64,000 nucleotides of DNA from Octopus sinensis (Eukaryota): positions 48,980,001-49,044,000 of the forward strand of contig NC_043004.1 in the NCBI RefSeq assembly GCF_006345805.1. Direction: 5' to 3'. A program made the position numbers and the translations under genes. The notes under the pieces are model-generated. The model made no database searches and was not told the origin of the DNA. It saw nothing but the letters and a program-made list of their open reading frames with translations. Below, piece by piece: positions 1 to 11,270 of the stretch. Within the stretch, counting starts at the first letter, position 1. Each line of letters opens with the position of its first letter.

Positions 1-99
1 GATAATCCGAGAATTAAGGTACTTTAATGCATTCATGTTTTTTTGTACTTGATTTTGAATTTTTGCCATTGATTTGCTGTATATGCATATATATGTTCA

Positions 100-254
100 T
101 ACATACATGCATACGTACACGTATGTATATATAATACGTACGTACATGCATACTTACATACATATCTACATACATATATAGATACAAATTTACATAAATT
201 CATACATATATACATACATGCATGCATACATGCATACATATATACATACATACA

Positions 255-288
<34 letters not shown>

Positions 289-1025
289 CATGCATGCATA
301 CATGCATACACGCATACACGCATACATACATACATACATGCATACATGCATACGTACATACATGCATACATACATACATACATGCATACATACATACATA
401 CATACATGCATACATGCATACATACATACATACATACATACATGCATTCATACATACGTGCATACATACATACATGCATACATACATGCATACATACATA
501 CATGCATACATGCATGCATACATACATGCATACATACATACATACATGCATACATGCATACATGCATACATGCATACATACATACATACATACATACATA
601 CATACATGCATACATACATATATACATGCATACATTCATACATACATATATACATGCATACATTCATACATACATAGATACATACATACATACATACATA
701 CATACATGCATACATGCATACAAACATACATACATACATACATACATACATACATTCATACATTCATACATGCATACATACATACATGCATACATACATA
801 CATGCATACATACATACATGCATACATGCATACATACATACATACATACATACATACATGCATACATGCATACATACATACATACATACATACATACATG
901 CATACATGCATACATACATACAAACATACATGCATACATGCATGCATACATGCATACATGCATACATACATACATACATACATACATACATACATACATA
1001 CATACATACATACATACATACATAC
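100..1025. repeat. (CATA)n microsatellite with CATG variants
   Basis: Continuous tacatacatacatgca array; source of the MYVC/HTYI pseudo-ORFs. Confidence 0.97.
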
Positions 1026-1130
1026 GTCCCTCTCCTTGCCTCATCTCTCATCATCTCTCACCTCCTCTCTACCGTCCTCGAACTTCTTGTGCCAGCAAGA
1101 GGCAGATGCACAACTGATACAAAGTTAATC

Positions 1131-1400
1131 TATAGGCATTGAAGCATTCCATAAGTTTCTATACCATTTTTACCCAGTTTAATACTAAACTTCATTGCAC
1201 AGCGAGCTTACATATTGTCTTTGCGTACTGACTGCATTCAGCAAACCACTCATCTGAAACAAGTAGTGTTTGGCAGAGTGTGTTCAAAGTGCCGTTGCAG
1301 TCGTCTCTTTCAATCTGGAATGACAAAATTTGGCAGGTCACCTTGTTAGATGTATAGTAATGATATACTAAAATTAGAATATTCTTGGACAGTTATAACT
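1131..1400 (-). mobile_element. degenerate mariner 5' fragment (transposase N-terminus)
   Basis: Minus strand 1213-1131 reads M*ARCAMKFSIKLGKNGIETYGMLQCL, resembling the mariner N-terminal pattern (R.AIKF..KLGK...ET..ML). Confidence 0.45.
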
Positions 1401-1678
1401 GTCTCTCCCAAAAGGGTTTCATACCTTGCACCTTATATATATATACTTTATAATTAGGGTTCAGCAACGATTTGCTTCCCCACATACCGAAGTTTAGAAA
1501 TAGCAGTCAAAAAATCTTAGCTATTCCTTCTACTTTAAAGGGGGTTGCCAGAAAAACCAAAGCAAAGTAGAATTCATGCCGAATTCTACTTGGTGGAATT
1601 ACTGATTACTTCTTAATTAATTAATTTCACCCTTTGTTATTAATTATATATATATTATATGATATATATATATATAAT

Positions 1679-1776
<98 letters not shown>

Positions 1777-1799
1777 TTTTTTTCACATTTTTTACACAT

Positions 1800-1952
1800 T
1801 TTTTCTCTCCTTGTTTTTCTGTGTCCTTTTCTGAAGAAGAGCGTAGGCTCGAAACGTAAAAGACTTTTTCTATTCCTGAGCGTTATACTAATACATCTTT
1901 TTGTTTTGTACACCACCTGTCTTCGTCTTTTGTTTTCTTTCGTAAACTTTCC
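1800..1952 (+). mobile_element. short HHR-bearing repeat family 1 (Penelope-like terminal-repeat derivative)
   Basis: Same ~150-bp unit at ~25255-25400 (+), 35525-35700 (+), 39050-39190 (+) and 50790-50950 (-); most copies abut (TA)n. Confidence 0.75.
1826..1863 (+). ncRNA. minimal type-I hammerhead-like motif, canonical core
   Basis: uuuu-CUGAAGA-A-GAGC(GUAG)GCUC-GAAA-CG-UA-aaag: core, 4-bp stem II, palindromic ACGU in place of helix III. Confidence 0.6.
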
Positions 1953-1971
1953 CTATATATATATATATATA

Positions 1972-2155
1972 TTGATAGAAATGGCAAGGCAACAAAAGAA
2001 TGAAAGAGACCTCGATATTATGTAAATAGAGGAATTTATCTGTAAATATAATGTGACAATTATTCGGTAGCCATGATAAAACTCCTAGTTTCGGATGTCG
2101 GGGTGGAAATCCACACCGGCATCTCTTCGGTTATCCGACCATCGAAAAAAATGCT
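1972..2155 (-). mobile_element. short HHR-bearing repeat family 2
   Basis: Second copy at ~61120-61310; both lie between (TA)n tracts. Confidence 0.7.
2075..2135 (-). ncRNA. type-I hammerhead-like motif with U4C core
   Basis: GAUAA-CCGAAGA-GAUG...CAUC-C-GAAA-CUAGGAG-UU-UUAUC; stem I GAUAA/UUAUC is perfect; long imperfect stem II. Confidence 0.55.
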
Positions 2156-2199
2156 ATATATATATATATATAAATATTCTAAAAGGAAATGGAAATTTA

Positions 2200-2470
2200 T
2201 TTAAAACTTTATAGAAAGTTTTATTCGCTAGTTACACCTTATTCTAAAGTAATTCACGTTGGCATCGGTGGAGCGTATAACTTCCACATTGAGAAAGACC
2301 GATCTAAGCCGTTGCATCATTATCATGGCCTCTACAGGTAATAGATACGCTCACCGCAACACTTCTATATCCTGCACGAAAGACTTCGAAGAGATTCTTC
2401 AAATGCGCCGCAAGCACTTCCAATGGAAACGTTGTAGACGATGAAGATATTTGCTCTATGTTATCTGTGT
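2200..2470 (-). mobile_element. degenerate RTE-type LINE ORF C-terminal relic
   Basis: Translates SKYLHRLQRFHWKCLRRI*RISSKSFVQDIEVLR*AYLLPVEAMIMMQRLR, matching the post-RT motif RL.RFH..CLRRIL.I.W.D...N.EVL.RA...SIEAM; contains stops. Confidence 0.6.
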
Positions 2471-2579
2471 ATCACACAGATATAACAATATAGTAATCAT
2501 ACATAAATGATGCATTATGTTTTTGTACTGACTTCGATATCGAATGTGACCCACTTTCCATAAGTAACGGCAGCTTTTG

Positions 2580-2870
2580 TTTGTTCCTTCTCAAGGCTCA
2601 TAAGGGCCGGTTTCCCGGTTTCTTGGCGTATAGGTTCCCTACCTGGACGGGACGCCGGTCCGTCGCAGGTGAGCTGCAAGATGCAGGAGGAAAGAGTGAG
2701 AGAAAGTTGTGGCGAAAGAGTCAGCAGAAGTTCGCCATTACCTTCTGCCGTAGCCGCGTGGAGCTTAGGTGTTTCTCTCATAAACACACAAATCGCCTAG
2801 TCTGAGATTCGAACCCGCGATCCCTCGACCGCGAGTCCGCTGCTCTAACCACTAGGCCATGAGCCTCCAC
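2580..2870 (-). mobile_element. tRNA-derived SINE family C, tail type 1, 14-bp TSD
   Basis: A/B boxes (tggcctagtggtt, gggttcgaatc); TSD aacggcagcttttg at 2566-2579 and 2871-2884. Confidence 0.9.
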
Positions 2871-4087
2871 AACGGCAGCTTTTGAAATTCGGTAGCTGAT
2901 TTCTTCATCCAAGGTGCTGCATTGGTAACATGTTCTACCGAGGTTTATAAATTTATACTCGACCTTTCTCTTCCATGAACACAAATAGTTGATGGAGTAT
3001 ATGGTGTTCTCGATATTCGTTGGTACATCTCAACTGTCGCTTTTTAACATTGATTGTTAATCTAGACTCGTCGCATACTCCAATCAATATCAGCAAGTCA
3101 TTCAATATATGCAAGTCAGTTTCAGCAGGAGTAACCAGATCACGGTCATACGCATATAACAACTCACGGCGTTCTTTCAGGGTGCGTGAAACGGACTGAT
3201 GTTAAACAGTCTTCCTGTTGCACGACACCTCGAGTAAAGCTCACTGTTGTTATCAGCTAATGCACATTTTAATACAAAAGCGAAAAAAATAAGGCTAAAT
3301 TAGTTGAAGCAAGCAGGTCACTCTGCTTTACTCTCTTCTAAACAAAGAATGAGTTTAACCGTTTTCCATTTAATCAAATTTATGTTTTCAGATTTTTATT
3401 TACAAGACAGACCGCTTTCAAGAGTATGTTTCAAAGATGTTCCTTGTTAACAGTTAAACGCCTTTGTGAAGTCTTTAACTCAAAGGTGCAAATGATACTA
3501 AAATGTCGTCTGCGTTAGATCACTACATTAGTCTCTCCCGAGATTAATAGGTAAATAATAATACATAAGGATCAATATAGAACAATAGCTAGTGTAAACT
3601 GAATGCTGATACAGACATACTGACGAGTGAATGACACTAATAGTGAAGTAGCCAAGAGACCATGTATAACAGCGTGTGCATATGTGCAGGTTACAAAAAG
3701 TGGGGTTTCATGATATGCGTGCAAATATGAAAGCGATTAGCAAAGCGTGTACGCAGGTCGCAAGTGAGAATATATGTATGTGCACAATGTAAACACATCT
3801 GCAAGTTGTGCTTTCACTCAAATTCGTAGAAATTGAACGCGGCATGAGATTACATTCAAGTGGATCTACAAAGAGCTTAGATGAACAATAATATTTGTAT
3901 TTTGGAAAACTGCATATATGATTTGCTGTCCATAACTACAACGGGGCGTGCGAAAGTAAAATCTACAGACTGCAAAAAGAAAAAAAAAAGTGTCTGATGC
4001 TTCTCAGCTGCATGGGTAAGTAGTCACGTGTATTATACCTGTATTCATGTCAAGGTGTATTCTTTTCTTTCTTTTATACTTTTATTC

Positions 4088-4282
4088 TTTTACTTGTTTC
4101 AGTCATTTGACTGCGGCCATGCTGGAGCACCGCCTTTAGTCGAGCAAATCGACCCCGGGACTTATTCTTTGTAAGCCCAGTACTTATTCTATCGGACCTC
4201 TTTTGCCGAACCGCTAAGTGACGGGGACGTAAACACACCAGCATCGGTTGTCAAGCAATGCTAGGGGGACAAACACAGACAT

Positions 4283-4315
<33 letters not shown>

Positions 4316-4487
4316 CATATATACGACAGGCTTCTTTCAGTTTCCGTCTACCAAATCCACTCACAAGGCATTGGTCGGCCCGGGGCTATAGCAGAAGATA
4401 CTTGCCCAAAGTGCCACGCAGTGGGACTGAACCCGGAACCATGTGGTTGGTTAGCAAGCTACTTACCACACAGCCACTCCTGCGCCT
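4088..4487 (-). mobile_element. tRNA-derived SINE family A, full length
   Basis: Head ggcgcaggagtggctgtgtgg...ggttcagtccc, internal (CA)n(TA)n, tail gactgcggccatgctggagcaccgcc; about 20 full or partial copies in the window. Confidence 0.92.
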
Positions 4488-5105
4488 ATACGTCTATATC
4501 TTTTTAAGGGTATGTGAGCATAAGTGTGTATATGTTTGTGTATTTATATGTACAACAAATCAAAATTGAATACATAATAAACCCACCCACCCGAGGGAAA
4601 GGAAATATATGGAAACAGTCGTTTAAAACAGGTAAAAAGTTAAGAATATCAATCACGATTAGAGAGAAAAAAAAAGACGAATATAAAACGCTCCATTGTT
4701 CGGAAGAATTAACGCAATATAAAACGGTCTAAGATATAATCTATTTACACAAGCCAGAATTACGGTCGCATTTCTATTGGTTTTGACGAGATGGTGATTC
4801 CACAATTTGTCACATTTTCTGTCCTTGAGATGTTTCGTGTAAATGAAGTGATTTTTATGAACGCATGGAGCGATGTTTTTAACTTGATAAATTATTTCTA
4901 GACAAACTGATAGAGGTTTCATAAGTAAAGAGTCAATTGTATATTTGATTGAGACTGTGTGTTGGGATTAAAACGATTGCAACGTGGGAGACATGTTAGC
5001 CATTCAAAAACACACCAAGACTCTTTTACTTAAACATTTACTACACTGTGTAACAAAATTTTTATTTATTTATTTATTTATTTTTTAAATTTTTGGTCAG
5101 TAAAT

Positions 5106-5526
5106 AGGGCGCAGGAGTGGCTGTGTGGTAAGTAGCTTGCTTACCAGCCACATGGTTCCGGATTCAGTCCCACTGCGTGGAACCTTGGGCAAGTGTCTTC
5201 TACTATAGCCTTGGGCCGACCAAAGCCTTGTGAGTGGATTTGGTAGACGGAAACTGAAGGAAGCCCGTCGTATATATGTTATATATATATATATGTGTGT
5301 GTGTTTGTCTGTCTGTGTTTGTCCCCCCAACATCGCTTGACAACCAATGCTGGTGTGTTTACGTCCCCGTAACTTAGCGGTTCGGCAAAAGAGACCGATA
5401 GAAAAAGTACTAGGCTTCCATAGAAAAAGTCCTGGGGTTGATTTGCTCAAGTAAAGGCGGTGCTCCAGCATGGCCGCAGCCAAATGACTGAAACAAATAA
5501 AAGAGTAAAAGAGAGAGTAAAGAGTA
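5106..5526 (+). mobile_element. SINE family A, full length
   Basis: Reverse-oriented homolog of 4088-4487, ending in aaagagt repeats. Confidence 0.92.
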
Positions 5527-5719
5527 CATGTTATTTCGTATTTGCTTCTGTCTAGAAATCAAAGAAAATTACTACAATTCTCTCCAAACTTTGCTTTTCT
5601 GACCTGGGCATCAATGTTTTGAAACTGACCTATCTTCCATTACATTTCAGACAGACTCAGCGCTGAGTTGCTGCTTAATCCTACAGATTTGCTTGTCAGT
5701 TGCTTGACTTTAACCATTC

Positions 5720-6052
5720 CTCATGAGAGCTCAAAATCTCTCGTGGAAGCGCCATCCAACCAAAATGCAAATATATGGGAAACTACAACCTGTGTCATCT
5801 CTAGTGAAAGGTAGGAGAGTCCAGTTTGCTGGACATTGTTGTAGAGCTGAAAAAGAGGTAATTTCTCCTCTTCTCCTCTGGAAGCCATCTACTCGCAATA
5901 CCAGAGGGCGCACACTCTCCTACCCTGATGTAATCTCCAGGGATACAGGCATCCAGCAACAGGACCTCCGCAATGCCATGATGGACCGTGAAGTCTGGCG
6001 TAGCATGGTAAATTCCATTGTCTCGACCACGGTCGAACAATGATGATGACGA
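5720..6052 (+). mobile_element. 5'-truncated RTE-clade LINE 3' end with TSD
   Basis: Open frame ...VKGRRVQFAGHCCRAEKEVISPLLLWKP...MMDREVWRSMV, (TGA)n tail, TSD ttaaccattc at 5710-5719 and 6053-6062. Confidence 0.85.
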
Positions 6053-6318
6053 TTAACCATTCGAACATGTCCCTCAGTGGCTGACAGTACGTGCGTCTCT
6101 GATGACGAGCAGGATTAGTGGGGGAGGAGCATCATAGCCATGTGTTGAGAGGGATTCTTTGGGGGTTTGAATAAATGTAAGAAAAGCAAAGTTTGAAGGA
6201 AATATTAGGCATTTTTCATACATTCTAGGGGTAAGCAAATGCGAAATAACAGTTGCTACCCAAGAACAAAAATCATGTTGCTTGGTGTGTTACTTGTTAC
6301 CAAAATTTTCTTTCCCAG

Positions 6319-6418
6319 NNNNNNNNNNNNNNNNNNNNNNNNNNNNNNNNNNNNNNNNNNNNNNNNNNNNNNNNNNNNNNNNNNNNNNNNNNNNNNNNNN
6401 NNNNNNNNNNNNNNNNNN
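6319..6418. other. assembly gap (100 N)
   Basis: Run of N. Confidence 1.
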
Positions 6419-6586
6419 TATATTGTTGTTAAATGCTCGAAATACGAGAGTAGAAAAACAACCAATAACTGATGAAGAGTAATTTTTATGTTGTTTGTCT
6501 TTTGTTGTTGAAAAAATAGTTTATATTCCATGTACTCGTACTTCGTATTTTTTGCTGTACACGTTTCAAGACGTCTTGTGCCCACA

Positions 6587-6589
<3 letters not shown>

Positions 6590-6627
<38 letters not shown>

Positions 6628-6791
6628 TATATTATATATATATAATATAATATATATATATATTATAATATATATAACGTATAGATGTATTATATATGCA
6701 TATACGTATGTATATATGCATATACATGTATTTTTTAATTATTATACATGTATATATATGCACACACACATATACATGCATAAACATTTAT

Positions 6792-6852
<61 letters not shown>

Positions 6853-6881
6853 ACAGATATTATATATATATATATATATAG

Positions 6882-6973
<92 letters not shown>

Positions 6974-7107
6974 AGAAGATAGAGAGATAGATAGGGAGAT
7001 AGATAGATAGATAGATAGATAGATGAGATAGATAGATAGATAGATACATACATACATACATACATACATACATACATACGTACGTACGTACATACATACA
7101 TACATAC

Positions 7108-7138
<31 letters not shown>

Positions 7139-7160
7139 CATACATACATACATACATACA
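6590..7160. repeat. compound (TA)/(CA)/(GA)/(GATA)/(CATA) microsatellite
   Basis: Direct reading. Confidence 0.95.
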
Positions 7161-7615
7161 TTTACATCGTTTGATATGTACCCTGCACGAAATTTTTGGG
7201 GCTTGAGTCACTTTTGTAATTTGAAAAATTTGAAAAACAAGTTGACTACTCAGTATAAAGTCACTCCAGCAGTAAATGTTTCAATATAACTTTATTGTAA
7301 CACACACACGCACATAACCTTGTCGAAACTGCATTGAAAAAACAAAAACAAAAACAAAAAACAAAACGAAAAACCCTTTTCTTTCTCCAGTGCCTCAAAA
7401 TATTTCAGCTGTGATTAGTTGCTGTTATGGTCTATGAATATCAACTACGCTCCACTTTGGAGTAATGCTCACTTACCTTGGATACTGCTTCCACAACACA
7501 TGCAAACATCCCAAGTAACATCCAGTGATCACATGGCCATTTAATAAAGATATGCACTTCAGTACACAACAATCACTAGCACATCTGAACTATTTTCTTT
7601 CTGCTTCGTCTGCAG

Positions 7616-7760
7616 CAGATATGGGCAGCCATTTTACGAGAAGTGGGCCGCATGTGACATAACTCATCATCAAGCGAGAGGCGCTGTTAAAATTTTCAAG
7701 GTACATCTTTGTTGGCATACCATTCAAAAACTCCCGCGGGTCGCAATTTTCCCATGTTTG
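7616..7760. mobile_element. hAT-like MITE
   Basis: Ends cagatatggg / cccatgtttg; imperfect 8-bp TSD gtctgcag / ttctacag; related sequence at ~10513-10655 and ~25080. Confidence 0.7.
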
Positions 7761-9934
7761 TTCTACAGCTATTACAAAGATTCTGCTTCTCTTTAAGTAA
7801 CAAGCAGTGCACCCCACTCAACTAAAACCCAATCTATACATCCACCTATCACCGTCATCATTTCTGTGTTTCCCTCTCATAACATTGCGCTTAACATGTG
7901 AATGCACCTGTGGTTTAGTTGAATAAGAACGTTATTATACTTAATTTAGAGGGTTCCTGGTTCGAGTCCAGTCTAGGACTATACACATATCGAATAATAA
8001 AACACCCAGTGACGACTGAAGATGAAAGATATCGAGACGTATTGTAACTTTAAGCATTATAAAAATACATTCTTGAAATACAGATTAATAGTCCTAAAAA
8101 AATTATATCCTTAACAAATAAATAAGTAAATATTCTCTTTACAAGGGAAGTAAAAGGTTTCGGGGAAAATTTGAGGAATAAGAGAAATTGAAGATTGTGA
8201 TATGCTTTGCTGATAGTTTCCTCTTTCCGGCCTTGTGATAATAGTTAAACCCATCCCAGTTAACTGTGGTGTGTGCTTCCTTCTATACACTTACCTCACT
8301 TGCACAAATGCAGCTCAGATGCAAGAGAACAAATCAGAGGCTTAGAAGATTTGATCTTTGTGTGAAAGACATGTGAAGTACACAGCCTGGGAAAGACACG
8401 TTTGGTCAACTTCCTTAGTGTCTTAGATGGAAAGTCAAAGGTAGACATGTAAAAGAAATGTTCAGCGATTTCTTCTAAAGATTACTTCATGATAATAGTT
8501 CAGAGATTATCAAATTCAATTTGAATGCGTTTACTGTTTGGAAAATTGCAAAACTTTTATGTAATGCTTAAAGAGACATCAAATATTATTTCAAATCACG
8601 CGGGGAAACCACTCCAGAAATTTACATTTTGTAGATCAATATGGCTGTTTTAGTTTGTATCTCCAAAGATGGCACTAATAGAAGATAACCAGCTGTTGCA
8701 TTCTAATACAGTGACCAACGGAGAGTAAGTGAGTTAATATGAATATTTTTGTCAGAGTACATCCATTATAATAAAATAATTTTGTGAGAGTTTAGCAAAA
8801 GAAATGTATTGCTTAGTTACTTCGTTAACAACGAGATGAGTGGAGCGTTGAATGAACGAATAAGGGATGGCGTAGTTTTCGATTCATAATACGTTTGTTA
8901 ACAGATCGAGTTAGAAGTGACGGTCCGATGAAGAACGACAGAGTTATGTCAGAAAGTTATTTCCATCATGCGGTGGTTTAGTCGGACAGGCTTTGTAGTC
9001 AGTTATCTGTAGATGAGAGCGAGGGGGGAGTGAGCAATTGCAAAAGTCTACTGCCTTTGTGCAATAATTAAGTTAGTAGTAGTTTCGGTCGTTTGTGTTG
9101 TAGTCTCTTCATGTTGACAAATCTGGTCGTCGAAATCAGCCGATACTGAACGTCGCTTAATTTAACAGATGAGTACATCCGGTCTCTGCTTTCCAGTCTG
9201 CCTCTGTCTGTCATTTTGTTTGTGACTCCCTTCAGATTTGGTCTCCTTTTATACGCTCCAGAACAAATATGATTGGACAGATCTGTGGTGAAGTCATTAC
9301 TCGAAAATCCGGGAATTTTTACATAGAATTTGCTGATCGGAAACCACAAATCCTGTGTTCAATTCGAAGTAAAGATCTGCTACGAAACTTTTTGCAATTG
9401 ATATCTTGTTTCTTGAGCCCCCTTTGCATTGTCTTCCACACTGCACCGACATCTCTTCCCGCCTCTCTCTCATTAATATGATAACTACCACTTATAATTC
9501 ACAATCTCCACTGAAATTATTGACTTTAAATGTTGACATAAGGCCAACAATTTCGAGGGAAAGGGTCACTTGATTACACCGATTCAACTGATATTTATTT
9601 TATCGAGCCCGAAAGAATGAAAGACAAAGTCAACGTCGGCGGAATTCGAACTGAAGCATTTTCCCGGCGTGCTAACGATTCTGCCAGCTTGCCGCTTGAA
9701 TTTCCACTGAAATTATTTATTATCTTTAACCAATTCACCTCAAAGATGTGAATTGTGAAGAACAAAGAGAACAATGTGAAGAGAAAGTTCCACAGTTTGT
9801 CATAAGATAAATCTGATGACTTGAAAACGTTCTTTAAAATGAACATCCAACACTGCGTTGCTTAAATGTAAAGTAGTTAGTCTTGGAATCTGAATTGTCA
9901 GTTTTGAAGATTAATGAGAACAGTCTGAAATCTA

Positions 9935-10490
9935 TGAGAAGAAGAAGAAGAAAAAGAAAAAGAAGAAGAAGAAGAAGAAGAAGAAGAAGAAGAAGAAGAG
10001 AAGAAGAAGAAGAAGAAGAAGAGAAGAAGTGAAAGAAGAGAAGTGAGAAGAAAAAGAAGAAGAAGGACGGAAAGGGAGAAAGAGGAAAAGGAGGAGGAGA
10101 AGAAGGAAGAGGAGGAGAAGAAGGAAGAAGAAGAAGGAAGAGGAGGAGAAGAAGGAAGAAGAAGAAGGAGAAGAAGGAGAAGAAGAAGAAGAAGAAGGAA
10201 GAGGAGAGGAGGAGAGAAGAAGAAGAAGAAGAAGAAGAAGAAGACTGAAGGAAGAAGAAGGAAGAAGAAGAAGGAGAAGGAGAAGAAGATGAAGAAGAAG
10301 GAAGAGGAGGAGGAGGAGAAGAAGAAGAAGAAGGAAGAAGAAGACTGAAGGAAGAAGAAGGAAGAAGAAGAAGGAGAAGGAAAGAGATGAAGAGAAGGAG
10401 AGAAGGAGGAGGAGGAGGAGAAGAAGAAGAAGAAGAAGAAGAAGAAGAAGAAGAAGAAGAAGAAGAAGAAGAAGAAGAAGAAGAAAAAGA
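9935..10490. repeat. (GAA)n/(GGA)n microsatellite
   Basis: Direct reading; explains the poly-E/K/S/L ORFs. Confidence 0.97.
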
Positions 10491-11084
10491 AATATGGGGT
10501 GAGTTTTCATGCACAGGCGACCTTTTTTGAGAAGTGGGCTGCGCGAGACGTGACTCATCATCAGGCGAACCGCAATAGCAAAAAAAAAAGAGAAATCGAA
10601 GTTATTTTACGTTGGCCTGCCATTCAGAAAGACCTGCAGGCCGCTGTTTGCTTGAGACTGTTTTAGATATTGTGGTCCACAGCACAAAGAAACTCTGAGT
10701 GAAAACATCTTCAATAGTAGACTTTTATCCTCAGAGTCAACAAAGAAATATTTCATCAATTAATATTGATCAATAATGCTATCTGGGGGCCGGCATGTCA
10801 AAGAATAAACCAACGTTTCCTCTGCGTGTCGTAAAAGGCGATTAAAAGAAGTTGAGGTAGGATTTGCACTCCGTCCTAAAAACCCTCACCAGCTACGAGT
10901 GGTGCAAAGGTGTCATCCCTCAGGAGTAGAGAGTTACTAACAAATGATGGATGCATGCAGCGACGCGCTGTTGCGGTGCATGCCCCAATACTACTATTAC
11001 TACAACGAATAATACTTCAATATTGGGGATAAAAATTTCTCAGCCAACAGAAAACTAATAATTGCTTCAAACAAGACCAGCAAC

Positions 11085-11270
11085 TTAGGGGAATGGGGTA
11101 AGTTGATTACATCGGACCCACCTACTCAATTTGGTATTTATTTTATCGAACGCGAAAGGATGAAAGGAAAAGTTGCCCTCGGCGGGATTTGAACTCAAAA
11201 CGTAAAGAGGAACGGAATGCCGCTAAGCATTTTGCCCGTCGTGCTAACAGTTCTGCCAACTCGCCGCCTT
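11085..11270 (-). mobile_element. SINE family B, diverged
   Basis: Carries the gaaaggatgaaagg..aagt and gaatttgaactca motifs and the tRNA-like head. Confidence 0.8.

Noticed and set aside
33-1142. ORFs of 150-300 aa (MYVC / HTYI repeats), also at 16113-17243, 28741-29166, 43095-43388 and 47700-48000
   Set aside because: Translations of stop-free (CATA)n microsatellites; open in several frames on both strands.
1213-1315. Minus-strand exon-like segment IERDDCNGTLNTLCQTLLVSDEWFAECSQYAKTI with acceptor and gtaagc donor (VWF C8-like look)
   Set aside because: It runs directly into a mariner transposase N-terminal relic, so it is more simply that element's 5' leader; no neighbouring VWD exons were found.
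7616-7700. Apparent + exon RYGQPFYEKWAACDITHHQARGAVKIFK with good splice sites
   Set aside because: It is the left part of a hAT-like MITE with TIRs and TSD; homologous sequence recurs at ~10513 and ~25080.
9834-10561. Poly-S/L/E/K ORFs
   Set aside because: (GAA)n microsatellite.
10785-10860. HDV/CPEB3-like ribozyme suggested by GGGGGCC/GGCCGGCAUG start
   Set aside because: No complementary P1 3' strand or proper P3/L3 could be placed.
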